This document shows, one piece after another, positions 37,828 to 50,670 of a stretch of DNA of 64,000 bases (positions are counted from its first letter, which is position 1; each line of letters opens with the position of its first letter). The notes beneath the pieces were generated by a model. That model saw only the letters and a program-made list of their open reading frames with translations. It had not been told where the DNA came from and made no database searches. Origin of the DNA: Cetorhinus maximus. Lineage: Eukaryota. The stretch covers positions 81,468,001-81,532,000 of the forward strand of contig NC_135886.1 of assembly GCF_964194155.1 (NCBI RefSeq). The letters are read 5' to 3'. Both the position numbers and the translations under genes were made by a program.

Positions 37828-40800
37828 TCCTAAAACACATACCTGCGTAATTAAGAAACAGATAACTTTTAGTTGTATTTATGGGTGATACTAGCACTTA
37901 ATAAGCACAGTAAACTGTAGTATGCATAGGAATTATTCTAAATTAAGTTAGAAAATATTTAAAATAAATTAGTAAATAAATACTGTAGTATTAAGGTATG
38001 TCAGTGCAGCTCGGCCAAGTGGAATATGCATCCTGCAGGATGTGGAACGTCATGCAGGCACAAAGTGCTCTCAATGACTACACCTGAAGGAAGTGTCACC
38101 AGCTGCAGAAACTTGAGCTCTGAGTTGCGGAGTTCAAGCGGCGGCTGGAGTCACTGTGGTGCATCTGCAAAGCTGAGGATTACGTGGATAGTACATTGAG
38201 AGAGGTGGTCACACCGCAGCTGAGAGGTACACAGACAGAGAGAGAATGGGTGAACGCCACAGTATCTAAGAGAAACCCTGGTGCCAGGGTCAATGATGTC
38301 ACAGAGTGGCTACAAGACACTCTTTCAGGGGTGGGAGAGCAGCCAGTGGTCGTGGTCCACATTGGTACCAATGACATAGTTAGGAAAGGGGACGAGGTCC
38401 TGAAAGCAGATTTTAGGGAGTTAGGAAGTGAATTAAAAAGCAGGACCTCAAGAGCTGTAATCTCAGGATTACTCCCAGTGCCACGTGCTAGTGAGCATAG
38501 GAATAAGAAGATTGAACAGTTTAACACATGGCTGGAGAAATGGAGTAGGAGGGAGGGCTTTAGATTTCTGAGGCACTGGGGCCGGTTCTGGGGTAGGTGG
38601 GACCCGTAGAAGAAGGACGGGTTACACCTTAACAGGACTGGGACTAATGTCCTCGCGAGGTGGTTTCCTAGTGCTGTTGGGGAGGGTTTAAACTAGATTG
38701 ACAGGGGGATGGGAACCTGAGGGGAAATTCAGAGTGGAGGGGAGAAAAACTGGCAGTGGGAAGTAGAGAAGTATTAACTGATAACGAGGATATTTCAGAG
38801 AGTAGTATCAAGGTAGATAGAATACTTAGAGAGTTCGATAGAATTAGAGTAGGCAATAGTAAGTCTTTAGATGGGGTCAGAATAAGGGGGAAGATAAAAA
38901 ACCTAAATCAGGGGTAATGTGCATGTACCTGAATGCACGCAGTGTGGTTAATACGATTGGTGAACTTCGGGGACAGGCTAACAAATGGAATTATGATATT
39001 ATTGCTATAAGGGAGACCTGGTTCAAAGAAGGGCAGGACTGAGTGTTATATATTCCTGGGTACAAGGTGTTTAGGAAGGACAGGAAAGGAAGAAAAGTTG
39101 GGGGGGGGGGGAGATAGTGGCAATGTTGATAAAAGATGATAAAAGCACTGGATAGAGAGAATGTTCTAGATGGGTTAAGGATGGAATCTCTCTAGCTAGA
39201 GGTAAGGAATGAAACAGGTGCAATAACATTGATTGGTGTAGCATATAGACCACAACTAGTGGAAGGGATGTGGAAAAACAAGTTTGCAAAGAAATTATAG
39301 AGAGGTGCAAGAATTATACAACAATCATAATGGGGGATTTCAATTGTCAAAACATAGACTGGGATAGGAATAGCACAAAGGGACAAGATGGTGAGAGTTC
39401 TTGATTGGAATGTGTTCAAGATAATTTTCTGCAGCAGTATGTTTCCAGTCCAACAAGAGGACGTGCACTTTTGGAACTGATTCTGTGGAATGCATTGGCC
39501 CAACTGGATCAAATATCAGTGGAAGAGCCTCTAGGTGACAGTGGCCATTATATCATAAGGTTTAGGTTGGTCATGGAAAAACGACAGGCACAATCCAAAG
39601 CAGGGATAATTAATTGGGGTAAAGCCAACTTTGATGGGATGACAGTGCATCTGAGTCAAGTGAGTTGGAATCAAATGTTGGCAGAAAGGACGGTGGTTGA
39701 ACAATGGGGCACCTTCAAAGAAAAGGCATTGCAGGCAATGTCAAGGTATATTCCCTTGAAGGGGGAATAAGTAGGACAAATAAATCCAGAGTGCCCTAGA
39801 TGACGAGAAAGATAGAGGTGAAGATAAAAAGGAAGAAGTGTGCGTACAACAGATGCCAGGTAGAAAATATAATGGAGAATATAGAAGGACCAAACTAATA
39901 AGAAAAGCAAGGAGAGAGAGCATGAAAAGCATGAAAAGAGGCTGGCAGCTAATATAAAAGGGAATCCCAAGATCTTCTATAAGCACGTAAATAATAAAAG
40001 GGTGGTAAAAGAAAGATTAGGGCTGATTAGGGACAAAAAAAAGGGGACTTGCATGCGGATGATGAAGAAATAGTAGAAGTATTGAACGAGTACTTTGCAT
40101 CTGTCTTTACAAAGGAAGAAGATGCTACCCAGGTCGAGGTGAGAGGGGAGGTAACTGGTACACTAAAAGAATTTACAGTTGAGAAGGAGGAGGTGTTAGA
40201 AAGGCTATCTTTACTTAAAATAGATAAGGTACCAGGACCGGATGAGATGCATCCAAGGGTACTGAGGGAAGTGAGTGGAAATTGCAGAGGCGCTAGTAAA
40301 AATCTTCCAGTCTTCCTTAGACACAGGCAAGGTGCTAGAGGACTGAAGAATTGAGAATGTTACACCCTTGTTCAAAAAAGGGTGCAAGGATAAAGCTGGC
40401 AACTACAGGCCAGTTAGTTTGACCTCATTGGCAGGGAAAGTTCTGGAAACTATAGTTCGGGATAAAATCAATAGTCACTTAGACAAGTGCAGGATAATTA
40501 AGAAAGCCAGGATGGATTCATTAAGGAAAAATCATGTTTAACTAACTTGCTGAAGTTTTTTTGAGGAGGTAACAGAGAATGTTGATAAAGGAAACGTTGT
40601 TGATGTGGTGTATATGAATTTTCAAAAGGCATTTGATACAGTGCCACACAACAGATATGAGCAAAATTCTAGGTCATGGAAAGTAGGCACTTGGATAAGA
40701 AATAGGCTTAGTGACAGGAAACAAAGAGTAATGATAAATGGTTGTTTTTCAGATTGGAGGAAGGTTTGTAGTGGAGTTCCCCAGGGGTCAGTGTTGGGAC

Positions 40801-41787
40801 CCTTGCTCTTCCTGATATATGTTCATGACCTAGGCTGTGATGTGCAGGGCATGGTTTCAAAATTTGCAGATGATACGAAGATTGGAAATGTTGCCAACTG
40901 TGATGAAGATAGTCTTGAACTTCAAAAGGACATAGACATGTTGATGGATTGGGCAGACAAGTGGCAGATGAAGCTCAATGCAGAGAAGCATGAAGTGATC
41001 CATTTTAGCAGGAAGAATATAGAGAGATAGTATAAAATAAAGGGAGAGACTCTGAAGGAGGTGCAGGAACAGAGGGACCTCGATGTACATGTACATAGGA
41101 TTTTGAAGATGATAGGGCATGTTGAGAGAGCAGTTAATAAAGCATATAGTATCTTAGGCTTTATAATAGGGGCATTGAGTATGAGAGTAAGGAGGTCATG
41201 TTGAACTTGTGTAAGACACTAGTTATGCCTCATCTGGAGTACTGCGCCCAGTTATGGGCGCCGTGCTAGAGGAAGGATGTGAAGGCATTGGAGAGAGTAC
41301 AGAGGAGATTCACAAGAATGATTCCAGAGATAAAGAACTATAGCTATGACGATAGATTGGAGAGTTTGGTACTCTTTTCCTTGGAGAAAAGAAGGCTGGG
41401 AGGAGACTTGATGGAGGTATTCAAGATCCTGAGGGGTATGGACAGGGTAAATAGTGAGAAACTGTTCCCACTCAAGAGAGCATCAAGTACTAGAGGGCAC
41501 AGGTTCAAAATAATTGGCAAAAGGAGTAAATGTGATGTGAGGAAAGTTTTTTTCACCCAGAGGGTGGTTGGAGTTTGGAATGAACTTCCTGAAAGGGCAG
41601 TGGAGGCAGTTTCAATCAAGGTATTCAAAAGGGAATTAGATTGCTACCTGAAAAGAAATAATGTGCAAGGTTACAGGGATAAGGCAGGGGAGTGGGACTA
41701 GGTGGAATGCTCTTTCAGAGAGCAAGTGCAGACTTGATGGGCCAAATGGCCTGCTCCTGCACCTAATTTGTATCTTCGTATGATTCT
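37493..41787 (+). mobile_element. Near full-length decayed CR1 LINE (ORF1 esterase + ORF2 APE/RT)
   Basis: ORF1 VVVHIGTNDI (SGNH-like). ORF2 remnants FQKAFD, GVPQGSVLGP, KFADDTK and FFTQRVV, with CR1-type tail. Many stops and frameshifts. Confidence 0.92.
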
Positions 41788-42299
41788 GTTGGACAGCAAG
41801 ACATGACTAACACCCTCATTTCTCATTTTTAAAAGACGCACTTTCCACAGTCAACTCGACATATTTTCTTGTCAAATATCTGAATATTTTCACAAACGAA
41901 ACTACCAACACAAGTACTGAATTGCAAACTGCTAAGGAACAATGAGCTCCAAGTGATTCACGGAACTGAAACTGAGGCTTCATTGGTATTAGGTGACTGA
42001 CCCTGTTCTCCCTTCCCCCCGTTATGAACTATGATGGCTAACAGCTAGTTTCTGGGCTGAGTTACTAAGTGGCTGAGTTCAGTCAGTAGTAGAACAAAAA
42101 CTTTGGCCTGTTGCTGTGATGTTGGTTGCTAAAGTCCCTTTGTTGGAGGTAATGCTATATTCAGACATTCCCTGGAACTTTAATACATTATTACTGACTA
42201 ATCACAAATAGTACAAAATGGCATAAAACAGGCACCCCAGCTCCAAAGGTGCAGTGCAATGTGGCTAATAGAGAATTTGGAAGAAATTTCATTTTTTTC

Positions 42300-42592
42300 T
42301 TTATGGGAAAGGCCGCATTTGTTGCCCACCCCTAAATGTCCTTTACTGAGGGGCTTGCTAGGCCATTTCAGAAGGCAGTTAAGAGTCAACAACATTGCTG
42401 TGGATCTGGAGTCACAAGTATATTTCTTTCCCTGAACGATCAATGATAGTATGAAACTATCTTTACAGTCCAGATTTATTAATTGAATTTAAATTCCACC
42501 AGCTGTCATGGCGGGATTTGAACCCATGTCCCCAGATCATTAGACTGGGCCTCTGGATTACTAGCCCAGTGATATTATCACTATGCCACCGT
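42300..42592 (-). mobile_element. SINE-like element: tRNA-like head and LINE 5' UTR joined to LINE 3' tail
   Basis: Reverse complement reads ggtggcatagtg...gggttcaaatccc...ctgaaatggcctagcaagc...gggtgggcaacaaatgc. Confidence 0.75.
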
Positions 42593-42629
42593 TTCTCCCC
42601 ACCTCAAGGAGTAGTTAAAACAAATAGTA

Positions 42630-44090
42630 CAGATGTAGGAACACAGGGCTCAGGAGCAGGGGTAGGCCATTCGGCCCTTCAAGCTTGCTCCACCATGTGA
42701 TAAGATCATGGCTGATCTGCTTGTGGTCTCAACTCCACTTTCTTGTCTGCACGTCCCACCCCTCTCATTCTTCTAAACTCCAATGAGTACAGGCCCAACC
42801 TACTCAACCTCTCCTCATAAGAAAATCCCTCCATACCCAGGATCAACCTAGTGAACCTTCTCTGGACTGCCTCAATGCCAGTATATCTTTCCTTAGGCAA
42901 GGGGACAAAAACTGTTCACAGTATTCCAGGTGTGGTCTAACTAGTGCTTTGTATAGCTTCCCTGTTTTTAATACCATTACCTTTGAAATAAAGGCCAACA
43001 TTCCATTTGCCTTCCCAATCACCTGCTGAACTTGTATGCCAGCTTTTTGGGATTCATGCACGAGGACCCCCAAATCCCTCTGTGCTGCAGCTTTCTGCAG
43101 TCTTTCTCCATTTAAATAATATTCAGTTCTTCTGTTCTTCCTGCCAAAGTGCATAACCTCACACTTTCCCACATTATATTCCATCTGCCAAATTTTTGCC
43201 CACTCACATAACCTGTCTATATCCCTCTGTAGACTCTTTGTGTCATCCTCACTACTTGCCTTCCCATCTACTTTTGTGTCATCCACAAACTTGGCGATAG
43301 TACATTCATTTCCCTCATCCAAATCATTAATATATATTGTAAATAATTGTGGCCCCAGCACTGATTCCTGTGGTACTCCACTAGTTACAGGTTGCCATCC
43401 TGAAAATGCCCCCCTTATCCCAACTCTCTGTCTTCCATTAGTTAGCACATCCTCTATCCAAGCTAATATACTACCCCCAACACCATGGGCTCTTATCTTA
43501 TTAAGTAGCCATATGTGCGGTACCTTATCAAACGTCTATTTTGAATCCAAATATATTACATCTACTGGTTCCCTTTTATCTATTCTGCTCATTACCTCCT
43601 CAAAGAATTCTAATAAATTTGTCAGGAATGATTTCCCCTTCATGAAGCCGTGCTGACTCTGCTCAATTATATTATGTATTTCTAAATGCTTTGCTATTAC
43701 ATACTTTAGCCAATCCTTTATCCATGCTAACGTGTTACCCCCTACACCAAGTCTTCTTATCCTGTCTAATAATCTTTGATGTAGCACCTTATCAGATGTC
43801 TTTTGGAAATCCAGGTACACCATTTCTACAGGTCCCCCTCTATCCACCTTCCTTGTTACTTCCTCAAAGAACTCTAATAAATGATTTAAACACAATTTCC
43901 CTTTCACAAAACCATGTTTACACTGCCTGATCCTGTTATGATGTGCAGCTACTTCTTTTAAGACCCAGGATGCAGCCCATCTGATCATGGAGACTTGTCG
44001 GGTTTTAGGCCCAATTGTTTTCCCAGCACCTTTTCCCTGGTGATGGTGATTGTTTTAAGTTCCTCCCTCCCTTTAACCTCTTAACTTCAA
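42630..44090 (-). mobile_element. Two joined CR1 fragments (RT region present twice)
   Basis: HGFxKGK...LLEFFEEV...YLD occurs twice in ORF 43536-43988. GVPQESVLGP and KFVDDTK in ORF 42843-43448. Confidence 0.85.
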
Positions 44091-44242
44091 TTTTCTTGTA
44101 TTTAAAAGGTAAACTAAATAAGCATATGAGGAAGAAGGAAATAAGAGGATCATGCTGATAGATGAGGAAGGAATGGGAAGCTCAGACGGAGCATAATCAC
44201 TACCACAGATTGGTTGGACTGAATAGTCTGTTTCTCTTTTTT

Positions 44243-47200
44243 TCATTCATTCACAGGATGTGGGCTTTGCTGGCTGGGCCAGCATTTATTGACCATCCCT
44301 AGTTGCCCTTGAGAAGGTGGTGGTGAGCTACTTTCTTGAACCGTTGCAGTCCATGTGGTGTAGGTACACCCACAGTGCTGTTAGGAAGGGAGTTCCAGGA
44401 TTTTGACCCAGCGACAGTGAAGGAGCGGCGATATATTTCCAAGTTGGAATGGTGAGTGACTTGGAGAGGAACTTCCAGGCGGTGGTGTTCCCATCTATCA
44501 GCTGCCCTTGTCCTTCTAGATGGTACTGGTCATGGGTTTGGAAGGTGTTGTCGAAGGGACCTTGGTGAATTCCTGCAGTGCATCTTGTAGATGGTACAGA
44601 AGGAAGGACATTGATGCTACTGTGCGTCGGTGGTGGAGGGGGTGAATGTTTGCGGATGTGGTGCCAATCAAACGGGCTGCTTTGTCCTTGACAATGTCAA
44701 CCTTCTTGAGTGTTGTGGGAGCTGCACTCATCCAGGCAAGTGGGGAGTATTCCATCACACTCCTGACTTCTGCCTTGTAGATGGCAGACAGGCTTTGGAG
44801 AGTCAGGAGGTGAGTTACTCATTGCACAATTCCTATCCTCTGACCTGCTCTTAGACCACAGTATTAATATGGCTAGTCCAGTTCAGTTTCTGGTCAATGG
44901 TAACTCCCAGGATGTTGATAGTGGGGGATTCAGTGCTGTAATGCCATTGAACATCAAGGGACGATGGTTGGATTCTCTCTTGTGGGAGACGGTCATTGCC
45001 TGACACTTGTGTGGCACGAATATTACTTGGCACTTGTCAGCCCAAGCCTGGATATTGTTCAGGTCTTGCTGCATTTGGACATGGACTGCTTCAGTATCTG
45101 AGGAGTCGCAAATGGTGCTGAACATTGTGCAATCATCAGCAAACATCCCCACTTCTGACCTTATGAATGAAAGGAAGGTCATTGATGAAGCAGCTGAAGA
45201 TGGTTGGGCTGAGGACACCGCCCTGAGAAACTCCTGCAGAGATGTCCAGGAGCTGAGATGACTGGCCTCTAACAACAACAATCATCTTCCTTTGTGCTAG
45301 GTATGACTCCAACCAGTGGAGAATTCTCCCCCCTGATTCCCATTGACTCCAGTTTTGCTAGGGCTCCTCAATAACACACTCTGTCAAATGCAGCCTTGGT
45401 GTCAAGGGCAGTCACTCTCACCTCACCTCACCTCAGGAGTTCAGCTCTTTTGTCCATGTTTGAAACAAGGCTGTAATGAGGTCAGGAGCTGAGTGGCCCT
45501 GGCGGAACTCAAACTGGGCATCAGTGAGCAGGTTATTGCCAAGCAAATGCCGCTTTATAGCACTGTTGATGACCCCTTCCATTACTGATAATAGAGAGTA
45601 GAACAATGGGGTGGTAATTGGCCGGGTCAGATTTGTCCTGCTTCTTGTGTACAGGACATGCATGGGCAATTTTCCACATAGCTGGGTAGATGCCAGTGTT
45701 GTAGCTGTACTGGAACAGCTTGGCTAGGGGCCCGGCAAGTTCTGGAGCACAAGTCTTCAGTACTATTGCCGGAATATTGTCAGGGCTCACAGCCTTTGCA
45801 GTATCCAGTGCCTTCAGCCGTTTCTTGATACCACACTAAGTGAATTGAATTGGCTGAAGATTGGCACGTGTGATGCTGGGGACCTCCGGAGGAGGCCGAA
45901 ATGGATCACCCACTTGACACTTCTGGCTGAAGATTGTAGCAAATGCTTCAGCCTTATCTTTTGCACTGATATGCTTGGCTCCTCCATCATTCAAGGAGGA
46001 AGCTCCACAAATATCCCCATCCTCAGTGAGTTGTTTAACTGTCCACCAACATTCACGACTGGATGTGGCAGGACTACAGAGTTTAGATCTGATCTGTTGA
46101 TTGTGAGGTCGCTTAGCCCTTGCTGCTTATGCTGTTTGGCATGCAAGTAGCCCTGTGTTATAGCTTCACCAGGTTGACACATCATTTTTAGGTATGCCTG
46201 GTGCTGCTCCTGGCATGCCCTCCTGCACTCTTCATTGAACCAAGGTTGATCCTCAGGCTTGATGGTAATGGTAGACTGGGGATATGCCGGGCCATGAGGT
46301 TACAAATTATGTTCGAGTACAATTCTGCTGCTGCTGATGGCCCACAGCACCTCATGGATGCCCAGTCTTGAGTTGCTAGATCTGTTCGAAATCTATCCCA
46401 TTTAGCATGGCGATAGTGCCACACAACACAATGGAGGGAATCCTCAATGGTGGGATTTCATCTCCACAATGACTGTGCGGTGGTCACTCCTACCAATACT
46501 GTCGTGGAAAGATGCATCTGCGGCAGGCAGGTTGGTGAGGATGAGGTCAAGTATGTTTTTCCCTCTTATTGGTTCCCTCAGCACCTGCTGCAGCCCCAGT
46601 CTAGCAGCTATGTCCTTTAGGACTCAACGAGCTCAGTCAATGGTGGTGCTACTGTGCCATTCTTAGTGATGGACGTTGAAGTCCTCCACCCAGAGTACAT
46701 TCTGCACCCTTGCCACCCTCAGTGCTTCCTCCAAGTGGTGTTCAACATGGAGGAGCACTGATTCATCAGCTGAGGGAGGGCGGTGCGTAGTAATCAGCAG
46801 GAGGTTTCCTTGCCCACATTTGACCTGATGCCATGAGACTTCATGGGGTTCAGGGCCGATGTTGAGGACTCCCAGGGCAACTCCCTCCCAACTGTATACC
46901 ACTGTGCTGCTACCTCTGCTGGCTCTTTCCTGCCGGTGGGACAGGACATACTCATGGGTGGTGATGGTGGTATCTGGGGCATTATCTGTAAGGAATGATT
47001 CTCATGAGGATGACTATGTCAGGCTGTTGCTTGACTAGTCTGTGAGACAGCTCTCCCAATTTTGGCACTACCCCCCAGATGTTAGTAGGGAGGACTTTGC
47101 AGGGTCGACAGGGCTGAGATTGCCGTTGTCATTTCCAGTGCCTAGGTCTGTCAAGTTTTGTGACTTTGTAGCGGTTTGTTACACTGAGTGGCTTGCTAGG

Positions 47201-47360
47201 CCATTTCAGAGGGCATTTAAGAGTCAAACACATTATGTGGGCCAGACCAAGTAAGGGCGACAGATTTCCTTCCCTATAGGGCATTACTGAACAACAATCG
47301 ACAATGGTCCCATGGTCATCAGCAGACTTTTAAATCCAGATTTTTATTGAATTCATTTAT
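44243..47360 (-). mobile_element. Near-complete copy of the CR1-group LINE family with the SINE-shared 5' UTR
   Basis: APE (EDFNVHH) and RT (MFADD) remnants, 3' tail at 44243-44320. 5' UTR at ~47180-47350 matches 17370-17556. Confidence 0.88.
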
Positions 47361-48019
47361 TGAATTGAATTCTGGGGTTCGAATCCCGTGGTACCCTACG
47401 ACAGTAGTGACAGTACCACTACGCCTGTATATGCTGTATATCCAATGTAATTCTATATAATCCTTGATCTATGCATTGTGGTGGGGCTCGCAGATATCAC
47501 AGATTTCCCTATACACAGAAAAATACCATTCAAACATTTCCCCTACAGTTTGTCAATCCTTTTTAAGCACATACAATCGCTCTAACTCAAAAGCATTGGG
47601 TGGCTTTCCAATACAAATGAACAATGAATAATTAAGTACAAAGCTGATATATTGCTTAGCAAAACAGCACCACTTTTCCAGCATTTCCAAACTTAATTTT
47701 ATGGTTGCATTTTGTTTTTGACACTACACAGAAAAATAGCTTGGAGGGAAAAAAAAGTGCAAAACTAACTACACAAGTACATTTTGCTAAGAATCCATCA
47801 AGACCTGGGAATCCTGCTATTGCGATAAGGCAGCTGTTAAGAGGTGATGGTACAAGGATCGCCACCTTTCCCAAGTCACAAACTGAACAGCAGACCAGGC
47901 TGGGAACATAGGAATTGCCAGATGAAGAAAGATAAATGATCCATCTAGTTTGCCATCTATCATCCTGGTAGATGCATAATACAATTATGGTGGAGTCATT
48001 GACTATAATCATGGCAATC

Positions 48020-48520
48020 ACTCTTTATCAATTAGCTCATGGAATAAAAGGGACAGTAGCAACATGGATACAAAATTGGCTGAGTGACAGGAAACAGAGG
48101 GTAGTGATTAATGGATGTTTTTTCAGGCTGGGGGAAGTTTTACAGTGGAGTTCCCCAGCGTCAGTGTTAGGACCCCTGCACTTCCCGGTAATATATTAAT
48201 GACCTAGACTTGGGGTACGGGGCACAATTTCAAAATTTGCAAATGATACAAAACTTGGAAGCATTGTGAACTGTATGGAGGATAGTATGCAACTTCAAAA
48301 GGACATAGGCAGGTTGGCGGAATAGGCAGACAAATGGCAGATGAAATCTAATGGAGAGGTGTGAACTAATTCATTCTGGTAGGAAGGACACAGAGTCACA
48401 ATATGAAATAAAGGGTACAATTCTAAAAGGGACGCAGGAGCAGACAAGCCCCAGTATGTATGAGCATAAATCACTGGAGGTGGCAAGACATGTTGAGAGA
48501 GAGCAATTAATAAAGCATCC
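48020..48520 (+). mobile_element. CR1 RT fragment
   Basis: HGIKGTVATWIQNWLSDRKQRVVING...SVLGP. Confidence 0.75.
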
Positions 48521-49109
48521 TAAACAGCTGAACGGCTTTCTTCTGCGCTGTAACAATTCTGTGATTTACTCCACAACATGATGTGAGCAAAACTCAAGTA
48601 GTAGAGAGCTGGGGCAAGTATAGATCCAACATCACTTGTCCTTCCCAAGCAAGCTACACTTACCACATTAAATAACTCATATCGTATACCAAAATATTAT
48701 TTTCTGGGGAAAAAAGCCTATTTAATTTGTATTTGAATGAAACAATAACAGTTTCCGCCATCTCTCTAGGGAACCTATTGGAACGTGTGTATTGTTTCCG
48801 CAGAGATTGGGTTTGAGGCTTGAGTTCTGAGATTTGCTCTGTTGAGGTATCAATACCCTCAATAATTAATCCCTGCACATTAATTTGGAAGGGGTTATTT
48901 GCAGAAGCTCTTTCAAAACCCCAGCACAGACAAGGATAGGGAGAATGGCCTCTTGCTATGCTCTATGAATTTGTAAGGAGCATCCCATTGAAGGAGCGAC
49001 GGATCCCTGTAGAAAATCAGGCAATGCCAGCTGGTTTGTCCTGATGATAGGGTGGGACAGCCTTAAGAATGATGGCCCTCGGTCCGTGGGGGCAAAGACT
49101 GAGCAGTGC

Positions 49110-49370
49110 CCTGTCCGGTTGCTGAGATGACCTTGGTTGGGGGGGTGGTTGAGGGTGGGCGACGGTTGCCAGGGTGACGATCTCCAGGCCCGTTAACCAA
49201 GATGACCCTGGTTGGGGGGCGACAGTTGCCAGGGTGACGATCTCCCGGCCCGTTAAACAAGATAACCCTGGCTGGGGAGGGGGGGGTGCGACAGTTGCCA
49301 GGGTGACCCTGGTTGGGGGGGGCGACAGTTGCCAGGGTGACGGTCTCCCGGCCCGGTTGCTAAGGGAAGG
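49110..49370. repeat. GC-rich minisatellite with four GTTGCCAGGGTGAC motifs and G-runs
   Basis: Motif starts at 49165, 49225, 49294 and 49328, in units of ~35-70 bp. Confidence 0.85.
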
Positions 49371-49380
49371 GTTCGAGTAC

Positions 49381-49485
49381 CTCTCCAATACAGAGTCCCA
49401 TCACTTCCTCTTTCTCCGTGGACAAAGCGTGATTTAAACAGACGAGGAAGGCGTCCGAATCCACATGAACCCCGCACACCGCCAT
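49381..49485 (-). CDS. BRCC3: BRCC3 coding exon 1
   Basis: MAVCGVHVDSDAFLVCLNHALSTEKEEVMGLCIGE, good Kozak context (gacATGg), |gtactc donor. The eight exons total 786 nt = 261 aa + stop. Confidence 0.96.
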
Positions 49486-49840
49486 GTCCGCCCGGCCTAT
49501 TCTCGGAATCAAACGTAAACTCGATTTAACCAAACCGGATCCTCCCCACTTCCCGACAACATGGACAACAATCGGTGCCGGGTGAAAAGCGGGCGTCGCA
49601 ACTGGGTTCCGGAACATTCGCCGAGTGAAATTGTAGCCGTGGCAGAAAAAGCGAGTGAAAACACAATGCGTTTGAAGTTTAAGGCTGAGGGAATCCGCAT
49701 TATTCGCACCGATCGTTGTAACGTAGGTTCGGGAAGATGTTAATATTTACTTCTCATCGGTTTATTCTGAGCTGAACCCGAGCAGATTATAAGGTGACAC
49801 CGGCTCTCCAGCAGGTGAAGGGCCGGAGGCGATATGTTTG
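49486..49840. promoter_or_regulatory. CpG-rich bidirectional promoter region for BRCC3 and CMC4
   Basis: One of very few CpG-dense stretches in the window. Lies between the divergent genes and carries an ETS-like TTCCGGAA at ~49607. The same head-to-head arrangement is known in human. Confidence 0.75.
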
Positions 49841-50226
49841 AGTGAAGTCAGCCTAGTGAGAAAATACATCACAGTTCAAATGGCTAGTTGTATTGGTTTT
49901 TAATCAGACTCCTGAAGAGATCGTATTAACTTTTGCACCATGACATTCAAGGAAGCTGCTTTTGCATAAACCGCCCCCAGCCAGGAGTAGAAATGAAGTC
50001 GAACAAAAATATTAATTTTGGTGATTGGTGATTAAAGTTAGTGAGTCTGTAACCAAAGAAATAAGCTGAGTGCAAACACAAAGATTGTTTTTATATAGAT
50101 GAGAGATACACCAAAGCGACTATCTTTAAACTAACGGCACCTAGACTTGCGTGTTTGGGATAGAAAATATCTTGGGTGGTGAGAATTTGAGAGGCATCAG
50201 CAGACCTGTCATAAAGATTTTGAAAC

Positions 50227-50670
50227 AACAACAAAAATACCTGGAAAAACTCAGCAGGCTGGCAGCATCTGCGGAGAGGAACGCAGTTAACATTTCGAGT
50301 CCATATGACTCTTCAACAGAACTAAGGAAAAATAGAAAAGAGGTGAAATATAAGCTGGTTTAAGGGGAGGCGGGGGTGGGGGGGGGGGGGGGCGGGGGGG
50401 GGGGGAGAACAAGAAGAGAACAAGGCAAAAGAGAGATACGAAAATCCTGACGGAAAGAAGTGCAAAACTTCTTCAAGGTAGGCATTCCTTGAAGAGAAGT
50501 GGCAGACAATTAAACACCTCTTTTCTATTTTTCCTTAGTTCTGTTGAAGAGTCATATGGACTCGAAATGTTAACTGTGCTCCTCTCCGCAGATGCTGCCA
50601 GACCTGCTGAGTTTTTCCAGGTATTTTTGTTGTTTTGGATTTCCAGCATCCGCAGTTTTTTGCTTTTATA
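50227..50670. mobile_element. Penelope-like element remnant forming a ~120-bp inverted repeat
   Basis: Arms 50227-50345 and 50515-50634 differ by about three changes. G-run spacer. Hammerhead-like motif in each arm. Confidence 0.7.

Noticed and set aside
38184-41701. Active or domesticated CR1 ORFs
   Set aside because: Multiple stops and frameshifts fragment both ORFs.
34828-49380. Extra BRCC3 exons equivalent to the mammalian LNDDTRSD...AEK insert
   Set aside because: None seen. Exon 1 joins exon 2 in frame, giving a compact 261-aa protein.
49017-49437. Proline/glycine-rich ORFs with repeated VTLATVA
   Set aside because: These are translations of the intronic minisatellite.
49360-49617. 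85-aa ORF as an N-terminally extended BRCC3
   Set aside because: It starts at a non-ATG codon and reads through the donor. Homology begins at the ATG at 49485.
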